This document shows positions 1 through 10,054 of a DNA stretch of 64,000 bases, in pieces. Within the stretch, counting starts at the first letter, position 1. The number at the start of each line of letters is the position of its first letter. The notes below the pieces were generated by a model that was not told the DNA's origin, did no database searches, and was given only the letters and a program-made list of their open reading frames with translations. The stretch lies in contig JAEOUA010000010.1 of assembly GCA_016839555.1 (NCBI GenBank), positions 352,001-416,000 of the forward strand, in the 5' to 3' direction. The DNA is from Promethearchaeota archaeon. GTDB lineage: Archaea; Asgardarchaeota; Lokiarchaeia; Sigyniarchaeales; SOKP01. The translations under genes and the position numbers were made by a program.

Positions 1-1
1 A

Positions 2-298
2 TTAATTAAAATCTTAGTAAAAGAATTAAAAGATTATTACTCCATTCAAATTAAATCAATTGAAGAATCGGAAGACAAATTAAGGATTGTAATTGAAAAT
101 CATTGCTTTTTACGTGATCCAATCAAACATCGAGAACGGTTGAAATTTGGAAAAGCTTTTTGCCGGGTAAATAAAGGATACTTTGAAACGTTGTTTAAGG
201 CATTATTAGGAGAAAAAACAAGGAGTATTGAAATTAATTTCTTGGAAAATGATCCCGAAAAAGATTTGTGCATTGAAGAATTGATTTTTAAGTTCTAA
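2..298 (+). CDS. 5'-truncated (window edge) V4R-like domain protein
   Basis: Not in the ORF track. Frame 2 is open from base 2 to TAA at 296-298: LIKILVKELKDYY...IVIENHCFL...KAFCRVNKGYFETLF...DLCIEELIFKF. Three spaced Cys and a C-x3-GYF pattern resemble V4R domains. Confidence 0.55.
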   Translation, partial: LIKILVKELKDYYSIQIKSIEESEDKLRIVIENHCFLRDPIKHRERLKFGKAFCRVNKGYFETLFKALLGEKTRSIEINFLENDPEKDLCIEELIFKF

Positions 299-555
299 TT
301 TTTTTTCTATTTAATTGTGAGTTGTTTAAATAAATTTAATATCGAATTCATTACATCTTCTTTTAATTTTTTTTACAAAATGTGTAAAAATTAGGGCATT
401 GAGTGTATCTATTTCTTTAAAAATTCGTTTTTTCTTTTTTGAAAAGTGAGAAAACACTCATAATATCACAAAATATTAAATCGAATTAAAATTATTAAAA
501 ATATTAAATCAAATTAAAAAAAATCTATATATATTTAAATTGAGTGTAAAATAAA

Positions 556-1743
556 ATGGTTGATGTTAAAAAAATAGCTGTGGTTGGCTCTGGATTAATG
601 GGCAGTGGAATTGGTCAAGTTGCATTAATGGGTGGATATAGTGTTGTAATGATTGATATAAAAGAAGAATTTGTCGACAAAGGAGTTGCTAAAATAAAAG
701 AAGGAATAGAAAAAGTGGCTGCAAAAGGATTATTAGGTGAAGGACAAAGTGCTGCTGATGTAATGGCAAAATGTTCAAAAAATATTGATCTTGCAAATGC
801 AGTAAAAGATTGTGATTTTGTTATAGAAGCTGTAATAGAAAAAATGGATGTGAAGAAGGATGTATGCAAAACGGTTATGGATAATGGTCCTGATCATATT
901 ATATTTACATCAAATACATCCACAATGAGTATTACGGAAATTGGGAAGGAGAGTGGAGCACCAGACAGGGTTTGTGGGATGCATTTCTTTAATCCACCTC
1001 CCTTGATGAGGTTGATTGAAGTGATAAGGAGCGAAGATACTTCCGATGAGACCTTTGAGACAGCAAAGGCGGCTGCTGCATCCTTTCCATGTCTTCGTGG
1101 AGACCGATACATAGCCCCTGTATTAAAAGACGCTCCAGGATTCATTGTAAACCGAATGAATGCCCCCGTGCAGATTTATTTATCATGGTGTTTTGATCAA
1201 GTTGATCAAAAAGGGCTTGATTGGGTTCAATTAGATGCCGATGCTGGCGGAAAAATGCCTATGCCTCCATGCATGTTAACTGATTTCGTTGGTATCGATA
1301 CAATGTACCATGTTATGAGTTATTACCAAGAAACTCTTTCACCCGATTTTAAACAAGGTAAAGTGATTACTGAATTATATGAATCCGGCAATTTAGGTGA
1401 AAAAACTGGCAAGGGATTTTATGATTGGAGTCAAGGCAGAGATGCTATTAAGAGTAAAATCAAAGGGGCCGAACCTGCTGGTCTCTTCGATTTAAATACC
1501 ACTTTTGCTATAATGTTGAATGAAGGATGTCGAGTATTGGATGAAGGAATAGCGAGTGGATTTAAAGTAATTGATGATGCTAATATGGCTGGTATGAATG
1601 CCCCCGGACCGTTTGGGTGGGGTAAAAGAAATTACGAAAATGCGGCCAATATTTTAAATGAATTAGCTGATAAAACGGGTAAAAATTACTTTAGACCAAT
1701 TGAGTTATTAAAGTCCGGTAATTTTTCAAAGATGAGAAAATAA
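556..1743 (+). CDS. hbd: 3-hydroxyacyl-CoA dehydrogenase (archaeal type, duplicated C-terminal domain)
   Basis: GSGLMGSGIG Rossmann motif, EAVIE, SNTST, GMHFFNP (catalytic His), PGFIVNR, GKGFYDW. Confidence 0.93.
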   Translation: MVDVKKIAVVGSGLMGSGIGQVALMGGYSVVMIDIKEEFVDKGVAKIKEGIEKVAAKGLLGEGQSAADVMAKCSKNIDLANAVKDCDFVIEAVIEKMDVKKDVCKTVMDNGPDHIIFTSNTSTMSITEIGKESGAPDRVCGMHFFNPPPLMRLIEVIRSEDTSDETFETAKAAAASFPCLRGDRYIAPVLKDAPGFIVNRMNAPVQIYLSWCFDQVDQKGLDWVQLDADAGGKMPMPPCMLTDFVGIDTMYHVMSYYQETLSPDFKQGKVITELYESGNLGEKTGKGFYDWSQGRDAIKSKIKGAEPAGLFDLNTTFAIMLNEGCRVLDEGIASGFKVIDDANMAGMNAPGPFGWGKRNYENAANILNELADKTGKNYFRPIELLKSGNFSKMRK

Positions 1744-1759
1744 ATAATTACCTAAATCT

Positions 1760-1790
1760 CCTTTTTTTCTTTTTTTAGTTTAATTTTTAA
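1760..1790 (+). terminator. oligo-T archaeal terminator-like tract
   Basis: CTTTTTTTCTTTTTTTAGTTT just downstream of the hbd stop codon. Weak evidence in an AT-rich genome. Confidence 0.4.
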
Positions 1791-1948
1791 ACTTTTAACA
1801 AATCCCTATTTTTTTATAATGTGAAAATTGTTTTCATTCGAAAAATTTGAAAATTTTTAATTATTTAAGAAATTACATAAATTATTCAATTTCAAGAATA
1901 AATAGTAAAAAACAATTTTAAAAAATAAAATAAGACGAGGTAATTTAA

Positions 1949-2776
1949 ATGTCTGAAGAAGAATATCAACATATAAAAGTAGAAAAGAATGAAGAGGGCA
2001 ATTACGTAGTTGTTTCAATTAATCGCCCCGAAAAATTAAATGCCCTTCAAATATTAACAGTTAAGGAAATATATGAAGCCTTAGAAAAGTATGAATTAGA
2101 TAGTAGCGTAAGATGCGGGGTGTTAAGGGGAACAAAAGAATATACTAAAAAACCAGCATTTTCTTCTGGAGCAGATTTATCCTCTTCTTTTGGACCAGGA
2201 GTAAAGCCCAATATCCCTGTACATATGTCTATTGCCATGCAAATGAGACATCGATACTATGATCTTATTGAAGCGTGGCCTAAACCTCTTATTGCAGCTG
2301 TAGATGGGTATGCTTTTGGAGGAGGATGTGAATTAACATTAGTTTGTGATTTAGTGATTGCCAGCAAAAGATCCGAATTTGGTTTTCCTGAAATTAAGAG
2401 AGGAATTTATCCTGCAAACGGAGGAACTCAAAGAATGGTTCGGAATATTGGTTTAGCAAGAACTATGAAAATGATCTATTTTGGAGAGCGTGTTGATGCT
2501 GAAACAATGGCAGAATGGGGATATGTCTCTTTCTTAGCTGAAGAAGGAGAAGAATTCGAGAAGTTAGTACACGAAAAAGCCTCAGAATTAGGTCATTCTG
2601 CAACGACCTCTTTAACCGTAATTAAGAAATGTGTAAAATATGGTACACAAGTTCCTATCCCAATCGGTCTTCAGTTTGAACAATTAGGATTTGGAGTCAA
2701 CTCTGCAGCCGGAGATGTCAAAGAAGGAATCACCTCATTCTTAAGAAGAAAAGAGCCTGAGTATAAAGGATATTAA
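1949..2776 (+). CDS. enoyl-CoA hydratase/isomerase (crotonase family)
   Basis: INRPEKLNAL, FSSGADL, KPLIAAVDGYAFGGGCEL, FGFPEI (both catalytic Glu), GGTQR. SD-like GAGGT upstream. Confidence 0.93.
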   Translation: MSEEEYQHIKVEKNEEGNYVVVSINRPEKLNALQILTVKEIYEALEKYELDSSVRCGVLRGTKEYTKKPAFSSGADLSSSFGPGVKPNIPVHMSIAMQMRHRYYDLIEAWPKPLIAAVDGYAFGGGCELTLVCDLVIASKRSEFGFPEIKRGIYPANGGTQRMVRNIGLARTMKMIYFGERVDAETMAEWGYVSFLAEEGEEFEKLVHEKASELGHSATTSLTVIKKCVKYGTQVPIPIGLQFEQLGFGVNSAAGDVKEGITSFLRRKEPEYKGY

Positions 2777-2953
2777 ATTTTTTCCTTTCTTTTTATTTTT
2801 TTTATATCTTTTTATTATAATCTTATAACTTGTTTTTTTGAAAGAATATATTTTATTTTATAGAGAATTGATATTGGTAAAAAAGATTAATATATCCGAT
2901 AATAATCTTAAATAAAAAATGATAAGATAAATTAATCTTTTTAAAAAAAAGAT

Positions 2954-3517
2954 ATGAATCCGAATCCTAAGCGAGAAATCATACAAGAAATCGATGATGG
3001 CATAATATATTTAAGAAAAATAGTCAAACAAGATGCCTATTTTCTATTAAATAGTTTAAAGGATAAACAATTAACAAAATACATGGTATTAAGACCATTA
3101 AAATCGTTGAAGGATATTAAAAATTTAATTAAAAAACACCTTGATTATTGGGAACATCATCTCCAGTTTAATTATATAATTGAAATTGAGAAAGAACACA
3201 TTAAGGAATCAATTGGCTTGGTAAATCTTTGGAATATAAATTGGACCCATAAAAGAGCTGAAATAGGTATCTGGATTATTCCTTCTTATTGGAGAAAAAG
3301 GTATGGGAGAAAAGCTCTTGACCTGATTAAAATTGTGGGGTTTAATCATTTAAAGTTTAATAGACTTGAAGCTCATGTAATAATTAAAAATAAGCGTTCT
3401 GTTAATTTCTTTATGAACTGTGGGTTTAAAAAAGAGTGTGTGTTGCAAAAGTATCTTAATTTAAGAGGTTTATATTATGACACAATTCTATTAAGGATTT
3501 TAAAGTCTGAATTATAG
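2954..3517 (+). CDS. GNAT N-acetyltransferase, RimJ/RimL family
   Basis: AEIGIWIIPSYWRKRYG, LKFNRLEA, N-x-x-S and GFKKE motifs. Confidence 0.85.
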   Translation: MNPNPKREIIQEIDDGIIYLRKIVKQDAYFLLNSLKDKQLTKYMVLRPLKSLKDIKNLIKKHLDYWEHHLQFNYIIEIEKEHIKESIGLVNLWNINWTHKRAEIGIWIIPSYWRKRYGRKALDLIKIVGFNHLKFNRLEAHVIIKNKRSVNFFMNCGFKKECVLQKYLNLRGLYYDTILLRILKSEL

Positions 3518-3628
3518 CTTGCTCCATTTTTTTATTATTAAAGTAGTTCTGAAATTAATGTTTTAGTGATTTAAAAAAGTTAAAAAAAAAGATTTTATTA
3601 TTAGTTAAGGTGTTTAGGATGAATTTAC

Positions 3629-6178
3629 CTATTTCAATTTTTTGAAGCTCGTGGGCTGAAATTCTTTACCAACATTTTTTTTAAAAACTTCGCTGAACAT
3701 TTCTTTTCTATTTGAAGTTGCTATATCTGGTATGCGTTTTCTCTTTAAAGATTTTCTATATTTTCTTAATTTTCTAATGGCAGGGGGATATTTTAAATAT
3801 ACACGATATAAGATTACATATCCCGCGAGCCCAACCCCAGCAGCAACTCCAGCAACAATTGAAAAAATTAACCATCTTTGTGAAGCCTTGATTTCTTCTT
3901 GTATTCGTAAATAATTTGAATAAAACGATAAAAATAAGGGGAGATAATTAACACTCGGTGCAATTTCAAATTTGATATCAAATTGTTTATTTATATGATA
4001 ACTTGAATTACCATAAACCGTTATTGTAGTGTTTCCTGATGTCAAAGTACTTGTATCAACTATTAATAAGTATACCCCTGGTTCATCCATCGTTAAGTTT
4101 TTGGCAGAATAATTAGAATATACGAATGCATAATCAGTAGTTATAGGAGTATCATCCACCTTATCTTTAAATTCTATGTTTATAACAATGGTACCCGTAA
4201 CGTTTTCAAAATAATAAACTCCATCAACTTCAACATCATAATTTTGGGGTATAAAATCTGCATCATGTATAACTGTAAATTTTCTTGAAATAAGTCCAGT
4301 TTCATTCAATCCAAAGTTATTAAATGAATTATTCCAAGCTACAGCTACTTCATACTCCCCAAATTCATACTCAGGACCACTTGTTGGAATGGAAATAGGA
4401 TTAAAATAGACATTACCATCATTCTCCACATTCTTATATTGGGATTTCCAAGTTGTACCGTTCGGAAATCGAACCCATAGATATGCTTGGGTTTGATTCA
4501 AATAACTTTCCACTACTTCAGTTTTCGTGATTTTTGCGGTAATATTAAGAGTATCTCCGCTAAGAACTGTAGAGTTCTCAACCCAACCTCCAAAATAGTC
4601 ATTATAAAATTTCAGATCCTTATAGTAATTCGGTGATACCCCTTTAATTAGGAAAAATCCAGTACTTTCGCTATAAATTGTGCTTACAGGAATATCTAAT
4701 AATCCAGCTGTAGAATTATAACAGTCTCCTAAGATATTATTTATAGAATCTGTGGGGGTATATACTTCCGTTATATTCACATCCTCGGGAAATGAAATTG
4801 TTAAATTAGTTTCTTCGTAATCAGCAGGAAGCAATATATATGCATATGTGAGCCAATTTACTAATCCCCCATCCTCAACCTCAAAATTTGTCCCAGGATT
4901 AAATGTCTCTTTATTCCAAGTAGATTCAGGTTGATCTTTTCTCATAAAAAGATTGATATCAGTAGCAAACTCAATTTTATAAGAACTGTTATCAGTTACT
5001 CCAAAATGACTTGAAGTGAAGGAAGGAAAATTCCAAACATAAGAACTTGAAAACTCAACAAGAATTTTATCTCCACTCCATGTTCCGACATCACTTGAAT
5101 TCAATTCTTTATAGCCTTTCCCCCAATCTAAATCGACTATTTGTGAATTATTTAGCTTTAAATCTATTTGGGTTGGTTTAACTTCGGCTTTAGGTATTAA
5201 TTTAATATTATCTAAAAATAACTGTTGAAATTCTATATCCGAAAAACCGGAGGAATAGCTTGCAGATGCGGAATTATATTCTAAGGCAGCACTTATATCT
5301 ATTTGTGAACCGTTGAGTGGATCTGAGAAAATTGATGAAACATTTGTCCATAATCCCATTGGTATATTAAAAGTCTCCCATTCCGTTTCACCATATCCTT
5401 GAAGTGTGTAAATACCGATACTATAAATCTTTTGATTATTTAATGTAATTGTTAATTCCCAAGAATTGAAATTTGTAACATGATAAGGATTTACATCAAA
5501 TTGCAATTCACAATCTATTAATATTCCTCTTTCAATAATAATTGAAGTATTCCACATACATTTATCACCTTCATTATATCTATACCAATCGTGTGGTTCA
5601 TCATCAATAAATTGACCATCCATTCTTAATTCTATACAATCATGTCCAACTATATTATCCTCATAATTTCCTGACATATCATTATTATTACCAATATCTA
5701 TTTCGGAAAATGTCCAATTTTGATATTGATTTTCAATATATTCGCTATCATCTTCTCCAGGATTAGTTCCGTTATCAGCGCCATAATGAAATGAACCATT
5801 ATTCCAATTCTTTATATCATATAAATTATAAATATTTGATGCAAGTCTATAACCTTCCCAGCTATTTAAAGGCATTTCCAAAGTATCAGTTGTACCATTT
5901 GTAAAACTTAGATCAGAAAAGGATTCTGTAGCATTCGCATAATGCGTGATATTCCATGCAGCTCCAAACCCGCTATAACTGACACTGCCATCATCAAAAG
6001 TTAGACCCTGGGATTTCACATTATTTCCAATATTAAAAAGATTGTAATTATTATCATTATCATTAGAAAATAGGAATTCCTGCGAAGAAATACTTAGGAA
6101 TAGTGAACTCAATAAAAATGTTGTCGATAATGCGATGACAAATAAGATTCTCTTATTTTTTTTTCGTTTGATTTTCAT
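3629..6178 (-). CDS. large secreted, C-terminally membrane-anchored beta-rich surface glycoprotein with conserved basic cytoplasmic tail
   Basis: Start placed at ATG 6178 (GGTG 5 nt upstream) rather than TTG 6211. Basic then hydrophobic signal, N/D/S/T-rich ectodomain with many N-x-S/T sequons, C-terminal TM, then YPPAIRKLRKYRKSLK. Confidence 0.8.
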   Translation of the reverse strand: MKIKRKKNKRILFVIALSTTFLLSSLFLSISSQEFLFSNDNDNNYNLFNIGNNVKSQGLTFDDGSVSYSGFGAAWNITHYANATESFSDLSFTNGTTDTLEMPLNSWEGYRLASNIYNLYDIKNWNNGSFHYGADNGTNPGEDDSEYIENQYQNWTFSEIDIGNNNDMSGNYEDNIVGHDCIELRMDGQFIDDEPHDWYRYNEGDKCMWNTSIIIERGILIDCELQFDVNPYHVTNFNSWELTITLNNQKIYSIGIYTLQGYGETEWETFNIPMGLWTNVSSIFSDPLNGSQIDISAALEYNSASASYSSGFSDIEFQQLFLDNIKLIPKAEVKPTQIDLKLNNSQIVDLDWGKGYKELNSSDVGTWSGDKILVEFSSSYVWNFPSFTSSHFGVTDNSSYKIEFATDINLFMRKDQPESTWNKETFNPGTNFEVEDGGLVNWLTYAYILLPADYEETNLTISFPEDVNITEVYTPTDSINNILGDCYNSTAGLLDIPVSTIYSESTGFFLIKGVSPNYYKDLKFYNDYFGGWVENSTVLSGDTLNITAKITKTEVVESYLNQTQAYLWVRFPNGTTWKSQYKNVENDGNVYFNPISIPTSGPEYEFGEYEVAVAWNNSFNNFGLNETGLISRKFTVIHDADFIPQNYDVEVDGVYYFENVTGTIVINIEFKDKVDDTPITTDYAFVYSNYSAKNLTMDEPGVYLLIVDTSTLTSGNTTITVYGNSSYHINKQFDIKFEIAPSVNYLPLFLSFYSNYLRIQEEIKASQRWLIFSIVAGVAAGVGLAGYVILYRVYLKYPPAIRKLRKYRKSLKRKRIPDIATSNRKEMFSEVFKKNVGKEFQPTSFKKLK

Positions 6179-6458
6179 TTTAACACCGATATATTTATGT
6201 AAATATTTCAATTATAGAAATAATTTATTTGATTTTTTTAGATTTCATTTATAATTATAAGAAAATACCTTTTTTATTATAAATTTTTTCTACCTTAGGA
6301 TATAATTTAAGATTTCTAATTCAAATCTTTGGTTTGAGAACTAATTTTATGATTACAAGAGGTTGCTTTTGATTATTTTTTGCTTTATAACACAAGATAA
6401 ATAAAATAATTATAGAAAAAACTATTAAAATTTAATTTTAGTTAAAATTTTTTTATTT

Positions 6459-9400
6459 CTATATCTTTTCTCTAAATGCGTGTTCCCGACTAATTACTGA
6501 AATATCCCTTGGAATCTTTTCTTTTTTTAAACTTTTACGATATTTCCTCAGTTTTCTGATAGGTTCTGGAAATCTTAAGACTTTAAAATAGTAGATAAAG
6601 TATGATACAAAAGCTACGGCAATTGCGGCTAATCCAATAAAGGTTGCGAGGAATATGGGTGAAATAGTCGTTCTAGTCACAGGTATAATCGTGTAAAGAT
6701 TATAGCCGATTACTAAAGAAACATCATCAATGCTTATAGCTATCGTTTCATTTAATCCAAACTCATCCGCCAATACTACTTGAATAGTGAGATTGATATT
6801 TTCATTATAAGGTATTAAATCAGTGACATCGAACCCGCCAGATGATGCTCTTTGGAAATCGGTCGTAGCATCGTACAATTTAATTGTTTCTGTATTTTCT
6901 ATACCATTTATCAAAAATCGGAACTCCGAATTAGATGTTAAATTAAATGGAATCGTTTTGTTTGTCTTATAATCAAAATTTAATAATGCCTGCGTTATAT
7001 CAACTATTATCCCAGCACCGTAGTAAAGTTTTTTCCCTTTATATTCCCATGAAACTTTGGAAAATCGATTTATGACTCGTCTGTAAGTTATATTGAAATC
7101 ACAGGCTTTTATCAACACATTTACAAATTCATCAATATCTGTCGTAAAATTATCTTCACAATTGAATTCCATTCCTAAAATGAGTGTGAAATTCCTATAA
7201 TTACCTTCTAAGACTTGATTTATGTAAAAAATTAAGTCATACATATTTTTTGGGCTAAATATTGTATCATATAAAAAATCTGTGTGGTCATACCCTAATC
7301 CTTCATTTCGTCCCAATGATTTATTTAAATATGTGGCTACTGTAAAATTTAAAGTTTTATCAGCATTAGCAAGCATTACATAAAACTTAACGAAATCACC
7401 TTCAGTAATACTCCATCCATGTCCTTCATCATCTCCATATACATCTATCCCTCCATATCCACCAGTTACATCATCTCCCCATCCCTTTTCTTCTTTTACT
7501 GTGGCATTTACAGTTACTTCTAAAGTGGCAGAAGTAATATTAAAATCAGCCATATCTCGAGGCATTGTTATTAATTTTTCCCATTGTACGCTAACTCTCT
7601 GATCAGCATTATAAATGGAGCCACTATGTTCATCCCAAAGATGTGAGGCATAAAATCCTGATTCGTTTAAGCCAAACCCAAGAGTGGGATAAGCACTAAC
7701 TCTATAATTAGTTGAATTAAACCAGTAAGGAGAAGATATATTAGTTGGTGTGCCCGAATGCACTTGGAATGTTTCCTCTAAACCATTAATTATATAATTT
7801 GCCATTTCATTTTTAATGTTATAATCAATATCATAATCATCTGCATCAATAATAGGAAACCAATTATCTGCGGTTTCAAATCCAGAATTTTTTACCCATT
7901 CTTCTCGGAAAGCCCCTGCGACTAATTGAGTATCGCCTGATTGGCTTGAGACAATCTGATTTTGGGAAATAGTTAACTTGGGAATAGTTTCACTTGAAGC
8001 TGTAACTAATATTGGAGATAAAAGAAATCCAAACATAAAAAAGAACAACATAAAAACAACTATGAGAACTTTTTTATTATTATTTATGGACTTTCTTGAT
8101 TCTATTATTTTCTTTTTAGCTTTTTGGGCAAGATTTTTAATCGATTCACTTGTTGTTAATTTCTCTTCACCTTTCATCTTTGATAAGAAGGATTTTTCAC
8201 GGTTTTTTACTTCTATATTAGGGATTTTTGATTTTTTTAACGATTTTCGATATTTTTTTAATTTTCGAATAGGTTTTGGAAATCGGAGCACTCTACTGTA
8301 ATATATATAATAGCCTGATAATCCACCTATCACTGCCAATGCGAGAATAACCATTATAATTGGTAAAATAGATTCTTGCTCGCTAATCGTTGGATTAAAA
8401 TAAAGTAGACTATAGTTGATATTTAATTTCACATTATCAATTGAAATCATATAAATTTTATCCAAATCAAATTCATCAGCGATATAGACTTCAATCTTTA
8501 TTTTAAGTGGCTTATTTTTGGAAAGAGAGACAAATTCTGTTAAATCAAACCCATTTTCTTTTATGCTTTCTAGTGTTTGGTCTAACTCGCTTAATCTTAC
8601 TTTTTCCTTATAGAGTTTATCATTCAAATATACCCTGATTTCAGAATTCCTACTTATATTCCCAATTAAACTATCACTTATGTTGGCATCAAAGAATAAT
8701 TTCGCATCTAAAATGTTAAGGATACCGCCCTTCGAATCTATTTGGTTTCCTTGATATTCCCACGAAGCTGAAGAATATTTATTAATCACTTTTTCATAAG
8801 AAATTGAAAGACTAAGATTTTTAATCCATAAAGCATCCCAGTAATCTGCATCTGTAGGATATCCGTTATCTTCACACCACAAATAGATTCCTATTGTTAA
8901 TGAAAAATTATGATTATCCTTTTTTAATACTTCATCTAAATAAAATCGTAAAGTATCCTCATTTTGGGGTTCTATTTTAGTATCATTTAAATCCGTTATA
9001 GGGGGATCGACATCTCCATCTTTACCCAAATTTGTTGTTCGATAATATATTGTTTCAAATTCTCTACTTTTATCTAAATTTGAGATATATACAAAAAAGG
9101 CAGCATAATCTCCCAAAGCATAATATATATCATTACTTCCAACCTGTTTTGTATCTCCTGGGATATCAATTCCTCCATTATCTAGAGATTCCGCTTGAAC
9201 AGTTGCATTGATCCATGCTTCTAAGGAAGCATTAGTAATATTATAATCAGACATATCCTCCTGAATAGTGAAATTTTTCTGCCATTGAACTTTAATTGAC
9301 TGATTCACTTGATTATCCCAAGTATGATCTGCATACCAACCAAAAGAATTAGCATCAAAATTATCTGGGAGGGTCATGTTATCCTCATTTTTTATTCGAA

Positions 9401-9725
9401 TCCAACTCCCCGCATCTGGGGTTTCTATCCAAGTGTTATTTCCCTTATATCCCGTAATATTATAGTTAGCTGTCCCATTTTGAATATTAGTACTCAAATC
9501 ATTTTGATCTCCACTAATTAATGAATTCCACCCAGCAGAGTTCTCAAATTCAGAATTTTTTATCCATTGGTCTGATTGAGGTATAATAATCCAAGGACTA
9601 GTGGTATCTTGCCCTCTAACTTTGAATGAAGTCGAAAAAGCTACAATATCAAAAATGATAATAAAACCAACTAAAATTGAGATTAAAATTTTTTTATTTG
9701 GAAGTATAGTTTTATTTTCATTCAT
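6459..9725 (-). CDS. surface glycoprotein built of two tandem paralogous modules (signal/TM - ectodomain - TM - basic tail) x2
   Basis: Both halves contain W[IV]KNS.F, YA[DS]H.W, NATV, GGID, GD[YF]..F[FY]V, CEDN, NSE.R and ADEF.L, followed by a TM and FP.PIRKL.KYRKSLKK. Confidence 0.85.
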   Translation of the reverse strand: MNENKTILPNKKILISILVGFIIIFDIVAFSTSFKVRGQDTTSPWIIIPQSDQWIKNSEFENSAGWNSLISGDQNDLSTNIQNGTANYNITGYKGNNTWIETPDAGSWIRIKNEDNMTLPDNFDANSFGWYADHTWDNQVNQSIKVQWQKNFTIQEDMSDYNITNASLEAWINATVQAESLDNGGIDIPGDTKQVGSNDIYYALGDYAAFFVYISNLDKSREFETIYYRTTNLGKDGDVDPPITDLNDTKIEPQNEDTLRFYLDEVLKKDNHNFSLTIGIYLWCEDNGYPTDADYWDALWIKNLSLSISYEKVINKYSSASWEYQGNQIDSKGGILNILDAKLFFDANISDSLIGNISRNSEIRVYLNDKLYKEKVRLSELDQTLESIKENGFDLTEFVSLSKNKPLKIKIEVYIADEFDLDKIYMISIDNVKLNINYSLLYFNPTISEQESILPIIMVILALAVIGGLSGYYIYYSRVLRFPKPIRKLKKYRKSLKKSKIPNIEVKNREKSFLSKMKGEEKLTTSESIKNLAQKAKKKIIESRKSINNNKKVLIVVFMLFFFMFGFLLSPILVTASSETIPKLTISQNQIVSSQSGDTQLVAGAFREEWVKNSGFETADNWFPIIDADDYDIDYNIKNEMANYIINGLEETFQVHSGTPTNISSPYWFNSTNYRVSAYPTLGFGLNESGFYASHLWDEHSGSIYNADQRVSVQWEKLITMPRDMADFNITSATLEVTVNATVKEEKGWGDDVTGGYGGIDVYGDDEGHGWSITEGDFVKFYVMLANADKTLNFTVATYLNKSLGRNEGLGYDHTDFLYDTIFSPKNMYDLIFYINQVLEGNYRNFTLILGMEFNCEDNFTTDIDEFVNVLIKACDFNITYRRVINRFSKVSWEYKGKKLYYGAGIIVDITQALLNFDYKTNKTIPFNLTSNSEFRFLINGIENTETIKLYDATTDFQRASSGGFDVTDLIPYNENINLTIQVVLADEFGLNETIAISIDDVSLVIGYNLYTIIPVTRTTISPIFLATFIGLAAIAVAFVSYFIYYFKVLRFPEPIRKLRKYRKSLKKEKIPRDISVISREHAFREKI

Positions 9726-10054
9726 TAAAAATCTTTAAAATTGTTATTGATATAATTTAATTCCAGAAAGCAAAATGCTCTCTTTAATTTAAAAATATTG
9801 CAATTAAGATTAAGTAATATATTGTAATTTAAATATAAATTTATTTTGAAATAGAATCAAATAAGTAATTAAAAGCTTTTCAAAAATTATTTTATTAAAA
9901 ATTATTATACCTTAAAATTTTAAATTGAGTGTTTAATCGTTTTTTTGATTTTCACTGATTTAATGAATTTAATTTTGAACGTTTTAATCAAAAATAGAAT
10001 AATGATTAATATTCTCTTATTTCAGAAAAAATAATTAAGGAAAAAAAGAATTAT

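Noticed and set aside
556-2776. Broken Hbd-crotonase fusion (pseudogene)
   Set aside because: Each gene has its own start, SD-like motif and intact catalytic residues, with a 205-bp spacer containing a T-tract. This is an ordinary two-gene arrangement.
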